NCBI GenBank assembly: GCA_043784465.1
Contig: JAYVYJ010000002.1
Location: 17,062-81,061 of the forward strand
Origin: Hyphomicrobiales bacterium
GTDB lineage: Bacteria > Pseudomonadota > Alphaproteobacteria > Rhizobiales > Beijerinckiaceae
Reading direction: 5' to 3'
Length of the DNA: 64,000 nt
In this document: positions 47,351 through 56,495 of the stretch, piece by piece
Position numbering within the stretch: position 1 is the first letter of the stretch
Layout: each line of letters opens with the position of its first letter
The notes under the pieces: model-generated
Seen by the model: the letters and a program-made list of their open reading frames with translations, nothing else
The model's database searches: none
Told to the model about the DNA's origin: nothing
Program-made: the position numbers and the translations under genes

Positions 47351-49258
47351 ATGGAGGAAGATACGCAGGAGCCGACCGCGCCGGAAGGCGCGCCCTCCGC
47401 GCCCTCCGCCCAGACGCCTGATCCCGCTCCGCCTGACGCGGCGCCTGCCGATGGGGCCGAGATCGAGCCTGTGGCCGCCGAGGCGGCTACCGTCGAGCCT
47501 GTATCCGCTGAAGGGGGGAATGAGACGCCGACGCCCGTCGCCGAAGGCGCCGCGCCCGCCGACTGGACCCATCTGCGCGGCCTTCAGGCTGTAGAGGCTC
47601 CGGCTCCGGGCTGGGCCGAGCGTAGCGACTACGCCGAGGAACTGACGAAGGAAATGTTGACGCGGGCCGCGCGTTTCGTGCGCTCGGTCGATGATTCGAT
47701 CGTGCTTTCGAGCGAGGGGGCGATGCGCTGGCTGGGCGATCCGGTGGCGCGCGTCATCGCGGGCGAGACGCCGCTGGCGCCGCGTACGGTGCTGCTGGCC
47801 GACGAAGCTCTGTCGGGCGATGAGCGCGACGCTGCGCAGACCCGCGCCAACCTGTGGCTCGCCGCGCATGTGCGCAAGCTGCTGGGGCCGCTGGTCGCGC
47901 TTGGCGAGGGCGCGGACCTGCCGGAAGGCGCACGGGCGCTGGGCGCCAAGATCGCCGAGGCGTTTGGCGTGCTGGAGCGCGAGCGGGTGCGCAACGAAGT
48001 GCGCGGGCTCGACCAGACGACGCGCGGCGCGTTCCGCAAGCTGGGCGTCCGGTTCGGCTCGCTCTATATATATGTGCCGCCTTTGCTCAAGCCGGGGCCG
48101 CGCGCGCTTTGCACGCAACTCTGGATGTTGCGGCGTGGCCCCGATACGGGTGCGGACCGACTTCTGGCGTTCGCCTCGGCCGGGCGCACTTCGTTCGCCA
48201 ACGACGGCACGGTGTCGCCGGACGCTTATCGCGTCGCCGGGTTCCGCCTGTGTGGCGAGCGGGTTGTGCGGGTCGATATTCTGGAGCGGCTGTCGGATCT
48301 GATCCGCGCGGCGATGCCCGATTTCATGCGTAGCGGTTCGCGGACGGCGACCGACGCCCACGGCTTCGTGGTGACGTCGCAGATGACGTCGTTGACCGGT
48401 TGTTCGGGCGAAGCGTTCGCCTCGATTTTGCGGTCGCTGGGCTACGAATCGGCCATGGTCGGCAAGGCCGCGTTCGAGGCGGCGCGCAAGCCTGCGCCGA
48501 CCGAGCCGATCAAAGCGCCCGACGCCGCGTCCGTCGCGGATAGCGAGACGGCGCCGGACGCGACGTCTGCGGAAGAGTCCGAGCAAGCGGAGGCGCCGGG
48601 GCAAGAGGAGAGGTCCGGGCAGGCTGAAGCGTCTGAACAAACTGAGGCGGCGACGGCTGAGCCCGTCGATCAGGCGGAAGAGGCCCCCCGCGAAACGGTC
48701 GATCTTGGGGAAGCGGGGGCCGTCGAGGAGTCCGCGTCAGACGAGGCGAGGGGTTTGGCGGAGGCGCAAACCGATGTGACGGCGCACGAGGCTCCGGAGC
48801 CGGAGGTCGTGGAGGCGAGCGAGCCGGGATCGGCGACAACGGGGGAAGCGTCCTTCGGGGGTGAGGAGCCGGAGGCGGCCGTGGCGGCGGCGCCTGCTGC
48901 GGACGGGGAGATTGAAGTCTGGCGTCCCGCGCCGCGACGTCCGCGCGCGCCGCAACGTCCCCCGCGTCAGGAGCGCACCGCCGCGCCGGGACCGAATCGG
49001 CGACATGCCCAACATCGCCAGCCGGAGGCGGCCGCGCCTGTCGAGGTCGTGGCGCCAGCGCCCGCAGAGCCTGCGCGACCGGAGAAACGACGCGACGAAA
49101 CGCCGCGGCGGTTTGAAGGCAAAGGCGACAAGCGCGGTCGCGACGAGCGGCGGGACGTTCCGCCGCGCCGCGACAGCCGACCCGCCGACCCCGATTCGCC
49201 GTTCGCGAAACTCGCTGCGCTGAAGCCGCTGCTTGAACAACGCGACAAAAGAAATTAA
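47351..49258 (+). CDS. Protein matching only the C-terminal part of the alphaproteobacterial SUV3/MgpS-like helicase, with acidic low-complexity ends
   Basis: RWLGDPVAR, LADEALSG, LWLAAHVRKLLGPL, FGVLER, RKLGVRFG...Y.P.LLKP, RVVRVDILERL.DLIR, MTSLTGCSGEAFASILRSLGY and DPDSPFAKLAALK. No Walker or helicase motifs. Confidence 0.7.
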   Translation: MEEDTQEPTAPEGAPSAPSAQTPDPAPPDAAPADGAEIEPVAAEAATVEPVSAEGGNETPTPVAEGAAPADWTHLRGLQAVEAPAPGWAERSDYAEELTKEMLTRAARFVRSVDDSIVLSSEGAMRWLGDPVARVIAGETPLAPRTVLLADEALSGDERDAAQTRANLWLAAHVRKLLGPLVALGEGADLPEGARALGAKIAEAFGVLERERVRNEVRGLDQTTRGAFRKLGVRFGSLYIYVPPLLKPGPRALCTQLWMLRRGPDTGADRLLAFASAGRTSFANDGTVSPDAYRVAGFRLCGERVVRVDILERLSDLIRAAMPDFMRSGSRTATDAHGFVVTSQMTSLTGCSGEAFASILRSLGYESAMVGKAAFEAARKPAPTEPIKAPDAASVADSETAPDATSAEESEQAEAPGQEERSGQAEASEQTEAATAEPVDQAEEAPRETVDLGEAGAVEESASDEARGLAEAQTDVTAHEAPEPEVVEASEPGSATTGEASFGGEEPEAAVAAAPAADGEIEVWRPAPRRPRAPQRPPRQERTAAPGPNRRHAQHRQPEAAAPVEVVAPAPAEPARPEKRRDETPRRFEGKGDKRGRDERRDVPPRRDSRPADPDSPFAKLAALKPLLEQRDKRN

Positions 49259-49336
49259 CCGAATTTCGAGTGCGCCTGGGAGATGTTCGTGGCTGACCTT
49301 GTGACAGGGCGCCTAGCAGCGTTGAGGGGCTTGGCG

Positions 49337-49360
49337 ATGACCTATGGGACCCGGCGATGA
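49337..49360 (+). other. 7-codon upstream ORF (MTYGTRR) overlapping the fdxA start, inside a 20-nt-period duplication
   Basis: GGCGATGACCTATG occurs at 49333-49346 and 49353-49366. SD GAGGGG sits 7 nt before the first ATG, and the uORF TGA overlaps the fdxA ATG. Confidence 0.55.
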
Positions 49361-49695
49361 CCTATGTGGTGACCGAGAACTGCATCAAGTGCAAATATAT
49401 GGATTGCGTCGAGGTCTGTCCCGTGGATTGTTTCTACGAGGGCGAGAACATGCTGGTCATTCATCCGGACGAGTGCATCGATTGCGGGGTATGCGAACCC
49501 GAATGCCCGGCCGAGGCGATCAAGCCTGACACCGAGCCGAGCCTGGACTCCTGGCTCAAGCTGAACGCGGACTATGCGAAGTCGTGGCCCAACATTACCG
49601 TAAAGCGAGAAGCGCCGGAGGACGCGAAGTCCTTCGACGGTCGCGCAGACAAATTCAAGGAGTTCTTTTCCCCTGAGCCGGGGCAAGGCGACTGA
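49357..49695 (+). CDS. fdxA: Ferredoxin FdxA (dicluster, Azotobacter FdI-like)
   Basis: [51 protein letters not shown]...WP.IT...FSP.PG.GD. Confidence 0.97.
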   Translation: MTYVVTENCIKCKYMDCVEVCPVDCFYEGENMLVIHPDECIDCGVCEPECPAEAIKPDTEPSLDSWLKLNADYAKSWPNITVKREAPEDAKSFDGRADKFKEFFSPEPGQGD

Positions 49696-49769
49696 CGGCC
49701 TTTCCTCCAATGCGAGGCTTTGAATTAACCGACAGTTGATCGGCTTGCCGGATGCATGCCCGCGGGCTT

Positions 49770-49798
49770 TTGATTTTCACGCGCAACTGTGATAAACA
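49770..49798 (+). promoter_or_regulatory. Candidate sigma70 promoter of carD
   Basis: TTGATT-N17-TAAACA, with TG at the extended -10 position. Confidence 0.45.
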
Positions 49799-49934
49799 AG
49801 TTGTTAATGCACGGTTCGCGCCCTTTTGAGGGCGAACGACGTCTTCCCCGGCGGTGGGAGTGATCTCCCTTCTTCGCGCGTCGTTCGTCGTCGCTGAAGG
49901 GTGCGCACGTCTCGCGTTTCTGGAGACCAGGCAA

Positions 49935-51026
49935 ATGGCGGCGCGTAAAAAAGTCACAAAGACGGCCAAGTCTGGCGAAACGGCGGCAGCGATTCGTTCC
50001 AAGCCGGACGTCGGTCGCGCGAAAATTGCGGGGTCCAAGGCTGTGCGGTCAGCCGCTCCCAAGCCGGTTGGCGTGACCCATACGGCGACGAAGCCGGATA
50101 AGGCAGGGGCGAAGCCGGAGAAAGCGGCGACCAAGCCGGCCCCGAACGTAGCGGGGGCGGCGCCGCGAAAGGCGGAGGTTGTGGCGGTTAAGCCTGAGGC
50201 AAGGGCGCACGTCCATCCTGTCGGCGCGCCCGGCCCGCAGGCGGGGAAAGCGCGAACCGAGCGGGTCGATGTGAAAGCAGGCGAGGCTTTGGCGGAAACG
50301 ACAAAGGCGACGACAGGCGTGTCTGCGCCGGCTTTCGCCTCAGCGGCCGCTTTGCCCTTAGCGCCTGCTGCGGCGGCGAAGACGGCGAAACCGGCTCCCG
50401 CGCCGAAAACGAACGAACGTGAACCCTCAGGCGGCGATCAGAAAACGATGAAAAACAGCGTGAACAGGCATGGGTTCAAACTCAACGAGTTCGTGGTTTA
50501 TCCCGCGCATGGCGTAGGACAGATCGTCTCCATCGAGGAACAGGAGGTCGCGGGGTTCAAGCTGGAATTGTTCGTCATCAATTTCGCCAAGGACAAGATG
50601 ACGTTGCGCGTGCCGGTAGGCAAGGTGACGGGCGTGGGCATGCGCAAGCTGTCCGACCCGGATCAGGCGCGCCGTTCGCTCGAAATCCTGACGGGGCGCG
50701 CCCGCGTGAAGCGCACGATGTGGTCGCGTCGCGCGCAGGAATATGAAGCCAAGATCAATTCGGGCGACATCAACGCGATCGCCGAGGTGGTGCGCGACCT
50801 GTTCCGCTCCGAGGCGCAGCCTGAGCAGTCCTATTCGGAACGCCAGCTTTACGAGGCCGCGCTCGATCGCATGATGCGCGAGATCGCCGCCGTGCAGAAG
50901 ACCAGCGAGGCCGAGGCGTTCAAGGTCATCGATACGCAACTCAAGAAGAACACCAAGCGCGGCGCCAAGGCCGACCCCTCCGACCCGGCGGACGCCGACG
51001 AGGCGGGCATCGAAGAGGCCGCCTGA
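49935..51026 (+). CDS. carD: CarD/CdnL RNA polymerase-binding factor with a long Ala/Lys/Pro-rich N-terminal extension
   Basis: Core FVVYPAHGVG, LRVPV, KRTMWSRRAQEYEAKINSG and QSYSERQLYEAALDR. ATG 49935 follows GGAG; an alternative start is at 50448. Confidence 0.9.
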   Translation: MAARKKVTKTAKSGETAAAIRSKPDVGRAKIAGSKAVRSAAPKPVGVTHTATKPDKAGAKPEKAATKPAPNVAGAAPRKAEVVAVKPEARAHVHPVGAPGPQAGKARTERVDVKAGEALAETTKATTGVSAPAFASAAALPLAPAAAAKTAKPAPAPKTNEREPSGGDQKTMKNSVNRHGFKLNEFVVYPAHGVGQIVSIEEQEVAGFKLELFVINFAKDKMTLRVPVGKVTGVGMRKLSDPDQARRSLEILTGRARVKRTMWSRRAQEYEAKINSGDINAIAEVVRDLFRSEAQPEQSYSERQLYEAALDRMMREIAAVQKTSEAEAFKVIDTQLKKNTKRGAKADPSDPADADEAGIEEAA

Positions 51027-51051
51027 AAGCCTCTGTGACGGGAAACCTTTG

Positions 51052-51084
51052 CGGCGTCGTCCCTTGCGGGACGGCGCCGTTTTT
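51052..51084 (+). terminator. Intrinsic terminator after carD
   Basis: CGGCGTCGTCCC-TTGC-GGGACGGCGCCG-TTTTT. Confidence 0.85.
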
Positions 51085-51101
51085 ACGATAAGCGGGGCTA
51101 C

Positions 51102-52826
51102 GTGAAGCTCGCCGCCGCGCCGGCTTCCTGGCTGCGTTCGAACGCCATCGGCCATGTCGCGATCGCCGTGCCCGTGGGGGCGCTGGCGGGGCTCTGCGTG
51201 ACGGCGATGACGGCGCTGGCTGAAGCCGCGCATATCGCGATCTATGGCCTCGCCTTCGACGAGCGGCTGAGCGCAAAGGCGGAGGTGTCGTTCCTGGCGG
51301 CGCTGGCTGCGCTGTGCGGCGGCGGGTTCGTGCTGGGACAACTCGACCGGTTTCGCCAGCGTAACGGTTCGCGCGCCATCGTCGATCCCGTGGAGGCCAA
51401 CGCGCTCTATGGCGGGCGCCTGTCGCTGCGCGACGGCTTCCTGCTGGTCGGGATGACGTTGCTGTCGAACGGTGTCGGCGCCTCGGTGGGGCTGGAGGCG
51501 GGCTATGCGCAGATCGGTTCGGCGCTTGCTTCGCGCGTCGGCCAGACGCTGCGCCTGCGGCGGCAGGATCTGCGGATGCTGTTGGGCTGCGGGGCGGCGG
51601 GAGCCATCTCGGCCGCATTCGGCGCGCCGCTGACGGGCGCGTTCTACGCCTTCGAACTCATCATCGGCGCCTACACGCTAGGCACCGCCGCACCGGTACT
51701 GGCGGCGGCGGTGGCGGGGCGGCTGGCGGTGCATGTGCTGGGCGGGGCGCCCTATTCGATTGAGGCGCCGCCGGTGCCGCCGTTCGGCGTGCTGCCCTAT
51801 CTGGCGCTGGCGGGGCTGGGGTTGATCTCGGCGATGTTGGGCGTGGCGGCGATGCGCGCGGCCTCGACGATGGAGCGGGCGTTCCGGCTGCTGCCGGTAT
51901 GGATGCGCACGGCGACTGGAGGCGCGATGGTGGCCGGGCTTGCGGCGCTGACGCCGCAGGCGCTGGGGGCCGGTCATGGCGCGCTGGCGCTCGACATGCC
52001 GCGCGCGATGACCGCGCCGACGCTGGTGACGCTCATCGGGCTCAAGCTCAGCGCGTGCCTGATTTCGCTGGCGAGCGGCTTTCGCGGCGGGCTGTTCTTC
52101 GCGTCGCTGTTCGTCGGAGCTTTGCTGGGCAAATTATATGCGCTTGGCGTCACGGCGGCCGCGCCTTCCCTGGGGCTCGACGCTACGGCCTGCGCGTTCG
52201 CAGGCATGGCGACGCTGGGCGCGGCGATTGTAGGGGGGCCGCTGACGATGGCGTTTCTGGTGCTGGAAAGCTCGGGCGACGTGGGGCTGGCGGGGCCGGT
52301 GCTGGCCGGCTGCGTCGCCAGCCATCTGACGGTGAAGGCCATTTTTGGCTATTCGTTCTCGACCTGGCGGTTGCATCTGCGCGGCGAGGACATTGCGGGC
52401 GCCCAGGACGTCGGCTGGGCGCGGACGCTGCTGGTGGCGAGCCTGATGGACACGGCGGCGCCCCTCTCGCCGGCGCGCGCGACGCTCGCGACGTTCCGCC
52501 TCGCCCATCCGCTCGGCGGCCCGCCCTTTGTCGCGCTCGCCGACGCGGATGGGCGCTACGCCGGGCTCGTTGCGACGGCGCAGGCGCATGTGGAGGGGGC
52601 CGAGGGCGATGCGATTTCGACGTTGGCGCGGCTTCGGGAGGCGACGCTGAGGCCCGATCACAACATCCGGCAGGCGCTCGACGCCTTCGCGCAGGCGCAA
52701 TCGGAGGTGCTGGCCGTCGCCGACGCGCAGGGGAAGGTGGTCGGCGTGCTGCGCGAGGCTTATGCCGCGCGACGCTATGCGGCCGCACAGGAACTGGCGG
52801 CTTCGGGGGCGCTGGGCGGAGCGTGA
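51102..52826 (+). CDS. ClC (EriC) chloride channel/antiporter family protein with a degenerate CBS tail
   Basis: VDPVEANA, GASVGLEAGY, CGAAGAISAAFGAPLTGAFYAFE, SGFRGGLFF, GGPLTM, FSTWRLHLRGE and a CBS-like C-terminus. Confidence 0.9.
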   Translation: MKLAAAPASWLRSNAIGHVAIAVPVGALAGLCVTAMTALAEAAHIAIYGLAFDERLSAKAEVSFLAALAALCGGGFVLGQLDRFRQRNGSRAIVDPVEANALYGGRLSLRDGFLLVGMTLLSNGVGASVGLEAGYAQIGSALASRVGQTLRLRRQDLRMLLGCGAAGAISAAFGAPLTGAFYAFELIIGAYTLGTAAPVLAAAVAGRLAVHVLGGAPYSIEAPPVPPFGVLPYLALAGLGLISAMLGVAAMRAASTMERAFRLLPVWMRTATGGAMVAGLAALTPQALGAGHGALALDMPRAMTAPTLVTLIGLKLSACLISLASGFRGGLFFASLFVGALLGKLYALGVTAAAPSLGLDATACAFAGMATLGAAIVGGPLTMAFLVLESSGDVGLAGPVLAGCVASHLTVKAIFGYSFSTWRLHLRGEDIAGAQDVGWARTLLVASLMDTAAPLSPARATLATFRLAHPLGGPPFVALADADGRYAGLVATAQAHVEGAEGDAISTLARLREATLRPDHNIRQALDAFAQAQSEVLAVADAQGKVVGVLREAYAARRYAAAQELAASGALGGA

Positions 52827-52862
52827 CAAATAAGAGACGCGTCGAAGCGCCGCCACCTGAAC

Positions 52863-52878
52863 TGGCTCAAGGCTTGCA
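52863..52878 (+). promoter_or_regulatory. Candidate sigma54 promoter upstream of prkA-yeaH-spoVR
   Basis: TGGCTCAAGGCTTGCA has GG-N10-GC. The E. coli yeaGH operon is sigma54/NtrC-controlled. It lies about 295 nt from the ATG. Confidence 0.5.
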
Positions 52879-53029
52879 ACCTTGCCCGGACAGGGGCTTG
52901 CGCAGGCTCTGACTTTGGGTTTTGCTGTCGAAAAGCTGAAGACTCACCTGAAAATTCCGGCGTCCCGCCCTCCGTGGCCGCCGCGATGCGAATGAAGCCG
53001 CTCAAGCAGGGCTTCCCAAGACGGGCCGC

Positions 53030-53067
53030 GACAAACGGGCCCAGACAAACGTGCCCAGACAAACGGG
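53030..53067 (+). repeat. 14-bp tandem direct repeat (GACAAACG(G/T)GCCCA, about 2.7 copies) in the prkA upstream region
   Basis: GACAAACG starts at 53030, 53044 and 53058. Confidence 0.8.
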
Positions 53068-53171
53068 CGGTGCGCCGCTTGTCTCAGTTCGGGACAAAGT
53101 TTTACCTTTAATTAAGCATTCAATCGCACGTTGAACCCAAGCACAGAATACCCACCATTTCGGAGCCCGAA

Positions 53172-55166
53172 ATGAACGCCAAGGCGGCAACCGCATTCGC
53201 GACTTCCCCACCTCGCGCCGAACTGAAAGGTTCGAACGTGTTCGAGAGGTTCTCCTCGGCCTGGGCGCGAGAACGGCGCGTGTCGATGACGCTGATGGAA
53301 TATCTGGACGGCTGCAAGGACGACCCCACTTTCTACGCCAGTGCGGCCGAACGCATGATCGCGGCGATCGGCGAACCGACCGTCGTGGACACCTCCAAGG
53401 ATTCGCGGTTGGGGCGCGTTTTCCTCAACCGGACGATCAAGATCTATCCGACCATGACCGGCTTTTTCGGCATGGAGGACACGATCCAGCGCGTCGTCAG
53501 CTATTTCAACCACGCCGCGCAGGGGCTCGAAGAGCGCAAGCAGGTGCTTTATCTATTGGGGCCGGTTGGCGGCGGCAAATCCTCGCTGGCCGAGCGGCTG
53601 AAGGCGCTGATCGAGACGCAGCCGATCTACGTTCTGGCGGCGGGGGAAGAACTGAGCCCGGTGTTCGAATCGCCGCTGGGCCTGTTTCGTCCCGATCAGA
53701 TGAGCGAGATGCTGGAGAGGCAATACAACATCCCGTTGCGCAAATTGACCGGCGTCTGCTCGCCCTGGGCGACCAAGCGGCTCGACGAATTCGACGGCGA
53801 CCTCACGCGCTTCAACGTCGTCAAACTTTATCCCAGCAAGTTGCGCCAGATTGGCGTCGCCAAGACCGAACCCGGCGACGAGAACAATCAGGATATCTCG
53901 GCGCTGGTCGGCAAGGTCGACATTCGTAAGCTGGAGCACTTCTCGCAGCATGACCCCGACGCGTACAGCTATTCGGGCGGCCTCAACCGCACGACGCAGG
54001 GAATGCTGGAATTCGTCGAAATGTTCAAGGCGCCGATCAAGGTGCTGCATCCGCTGCTGACGGCGACGCAGGAGGGCAATTACGCGGGAACCGAGAACCT
54101 CGGCGCCATGCCCTATCAGGGCGTAATCCTGGCGCACTCGAACGAAAGCGAGTGGGAGCAGTTCAAGAACAACAGGAATAACGAAGCGTTCCTCGACCGC
54201 ATCTGCGTTGTCAAGGTGCCCTATTGCCTGCGTGCGACCGAAGAGGCGCAAATTTATCACAAGCTGCTGGAAGGCAGCGAGTTGAGCCAGGCGATCTGCG
54301 CGCCCGAGGTGCTGGAGATACTCGCGCGCTTCTGCGTATTGTCGCGGCTCAAGGAGCATCAGAACTCGCCGATCTATTCCAAGATGCGCGTCTTCAACGG
54401 CGACAATCTGAAGGACACCGACCCCAAGGCGAAGTCGATTCAGGAGTATCGCGAAGCGGCCGGCGTCTCGGAGGGCATGAACGGGATCTCGACGCGCTTC
54501 GCCTTCAAGGTGCTGTCGGAGACGTTCAACTACGACAACGAGGAGATTGCAGCCGATCCCGTGCATCTGATGTATGTGCTGGAGCAGGCGCTCAAGCGCG
54601 AGCAGTTCCCCAAGGAGGTCGAAGAGCGCTACGTCGATTTCATCAAATCGCAACTGGCGCCGCGTTATGCGGAGTTCATCGGCCGGGAAATCCAGAAAGC
54701 CTATATCGAATCCTACAGCGAATACGGGCAAAACCTGTTCAACCGCTACATCGCCTATGCCGATGCCTGGATCGAGGATCAGGACTATAAGGACGCGGAC
54801 ACAGGGCAGGTGTTCGACCGCAAGATTCTCGACACCGAGCTTTCCAAGATCGAGAAGCCGGCTGGGATCGCCAACCCGAAGGATTTCCGCAACGAGATCG
54901 TCAAATTCGCGTTGCGTGCGCGCGCCAATCATGGCGGCAAGAACCCGTCGTGGACGTCTTACGAGAAAATCCGCGAAGTGATCGAGAAGCGGATGTTCAG
55001 CCAGGTGGAGGAACTGTTGCCGGTCATTAGCTTCGGGGCGAAACAGGACACCAAGACCGAGAAGCAGCATGAAGAATTTCTCGATCGTATGAAATCCCGC
55101 GGATATACGGAACGGCAGGTTCGACGGCTGGTTGAATGGTACATGCGCGTCAACAAGGCCGGGTAG
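53172..55166 (+). CDS. prkA: PrkA/YeaG AAA+ serine protein kinase family
   Basis: ASAAERM..AIGEP, GLEERKQVLYLLGPVGGGKSSLAE, KTEPGDENNQDIS.LVGKVD, EFVEMFKAPIK.LHPLLTATQEG and AHSNESEW. Confidence 0.96.
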   Translation: MNAKAATAFATSPPRAELKGSNVFERFSSAWARERRVSMTLMEYLDGCKDDPTFYASAAERMIAAIGEPTVVDTSKDSRLGRVFLNRTIKIYPTMTGFFGMEDTIQRVVSYFNHAAQGLEERKQVLYLLGPVGGGKSSLAERLKALIETQPIYVLAAGEELSPVFESPLGLFRPDQMSEMLERQYNIPLRKLTGVCSPWATKRLDEFDGDLTRFNVVKLYPSKLRQIGVAKTEPGDENNQDISALVGKVDIRKLEHFSQHDPDAYSYSGGLNRTTQGMLEFVEMFKAPIKVLHPLLTATQEGNYAGTENLGAMPYQGVILAHSNESEWEQFKNNRNNEAFLDRICVVKVPYCLRATEEAQIYHKLLEGSELSQAICAPEVLEILARFCVLSRLKEHQNSPIYSKMRVFNGDNLKDTDPKAKSIQEYREAAGVSEGMNGISTRFAFKVLSETFNYDNEEIAADPVHLMYVLEQALKREQFPKEVEERYVDFIKSQLAPRYAEFIGREIQKAYIESYSEYGQNLFNRYIAYADAWIEDQDYKDADTGQVFDRKILDTELSKIEKPAGIANPKDFRNEIVKFALRARANHGGKNPSWTSYEKIREVIEKRMFSQVEELLPVISFGAKQDTKTEKQHEEFLDRMKSRGYTERQVRRLVEWYMRVNKAG

Positions 55167-55184
55167 CGGACCGAGGAACAAAGA

Positions 55185-56495
55185 ATGCCCCAGTTCATCG
55201 ACCGGCGTCTGAATCCACGGGACAAGAGCCTCGGCAACCGGATGCGCTTCCTCAAAAGGTCGCGCGCCCGGATCAAGGAGGCGGTCGATAAGGCGGTGCG
55301 GGAACGCTCGATCGGCGACGCCGCCAAGGGCGGTTCGGTCTCCATCCCCACCGATGGCATCAACGAGCCGTTTTTTCATGAATCCGACCAGGGCGGCAAT
55401 CGCGAGCGCGTGTTGCCCGGCAACAAGGAATTTGTCACCGGCGACCGGATCGACAAGCCCAAGGGTGGGGGCGGCGGGCGCGGACGCAAAGGGGCGCAGG
55501 ACGGCGACGGCGAGGACGAATTTAATTTTGCGCTGACGGAAGCCGAATTTCTGGACCTGCTGTTCGAGGATCTCGAACTTCCCGATCTCATCAAGTCCTC
55601 GATCAAGGACGCCAAGCTGGCCGAACCGCGCCGGGCGGGGTATTCCGCCGACGGGTTGATCCCCAATCTCAACGTGCTGCGCACGATGCGCCACAGCCTG
55701 AGCCGGCGGCTCGCACTGCGCCGCCCGAGCCGCTCGGAGGTCGAGAAGATCGAGGCGCGGCTGGCGGAAATCGGCGAGACGCCTTCGAGCGAGGCGTTGA
55801 AGGCGGAAGCCGCCGAACTGCATGTCGAGTTGAAGCGCCTCAAGCATTTGTTGCGCGTCGTGCCGTTCATCGATCCCATCGACGTGCGTTACAACCGGTT
55901 CTCACGCGTGACCGTGCCACGCGCGAAGGCGGTGATGTTTTGTCTGATGGACGTGTCGGCTTCGATGGGCGAGCGGGAGAAGGACCTCGCCAAACGGTTC
56001 TTTATCCTGCTGCACCTGTTCTTGAAGCGCAAATATGAACGCGTCGACGTGGTGTTTGTGCGGCATACGCACGAGGCCAAGGAGGTTGACGAGCACGAAT
56101 TTTTCTACGGCCGCGAGACGGGCGGCACGGTGGTGTCGTCGGCGCTCGAAGAGATGATTGAGATCAGGGACAAACGCTATTCCCCCGCCGAGTGGAACAT
56201 CTATTGCGCCGAGGCTTCGGACGGCGACAATTCGGGCGGCGACACCGAGCGCTGCCTACAGTTGCTGACCGACGAAATCCTGCCCTCGACACAATATTTC
56301 GCTTACATCGAGATCGCTGACCGCGACATGTCCTCGCACTGGAGCGGCGGCGATCTGAAAGAGCTTTGGCGCGGCTATTCGAGCCTGACCGATGTCGCGA
56401 AGAATTTCGCGATGCGCAAGGTGTCGAACCCGGCGGACATTTATCCTGTATTCAGGGAATTGTTCGCCCGGCAGCGGGAGAAGGCGACGACATGA
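55185..56495 (+). CDS. yeaH: YeaH/YhbH (DUF444, vWA-like) protein
   Basis: FIDRRLNP..KS..NR.RF, PGNKEF..GDRI.KP.GGGG, LELPDL, FCLMDVSASM, GRETGGTVVSSAL and SDGDN. Confidence 0.95.
   Translation: MPQFIDRRLNPRDKSLGNRMRFLKRSRARIKEAVDKAVRERSIGDAAKGGSVSIPTDGINEPFFHESDQGGNRERVLPGNKEFVTGDRIDKPKGGGGGRGRKGAQDGDGEDEFNFALTEAEFLDLLFEDLELPDLIKSSIKDAKLAEPRRAGYSADGLIPNLNVLRTMRHSLSRRLALRRPSRSEVEKIEARLAEIGETPSSEALKAEAAELHVELKRLKHLLRVVPFIDPIDVRYNRFSRVTVPRAKAVMFCLMDVSASMGEREKDLAKRFFILLHLFLKRKYERVDVVFVRHTHEAKEVDEHEFFYGRETGGTVVSSALEEMIEIRDKRYSPAEWNIYCAEASDGDNSGGDTERCLQLLTDEILPSTQYFAYIEIADRDMSSHWSGGDLKELWRGYSSLTDVAKNFAMRKVSNPADIYPVFRELFARQREKATT

Noticed and set aside
53108-53122. CtrA box TTAA-N7-TTCA upstream of prkA
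   Set aside because: One half-site is mismatched within an AT-rich patch, so a chance match is likely.
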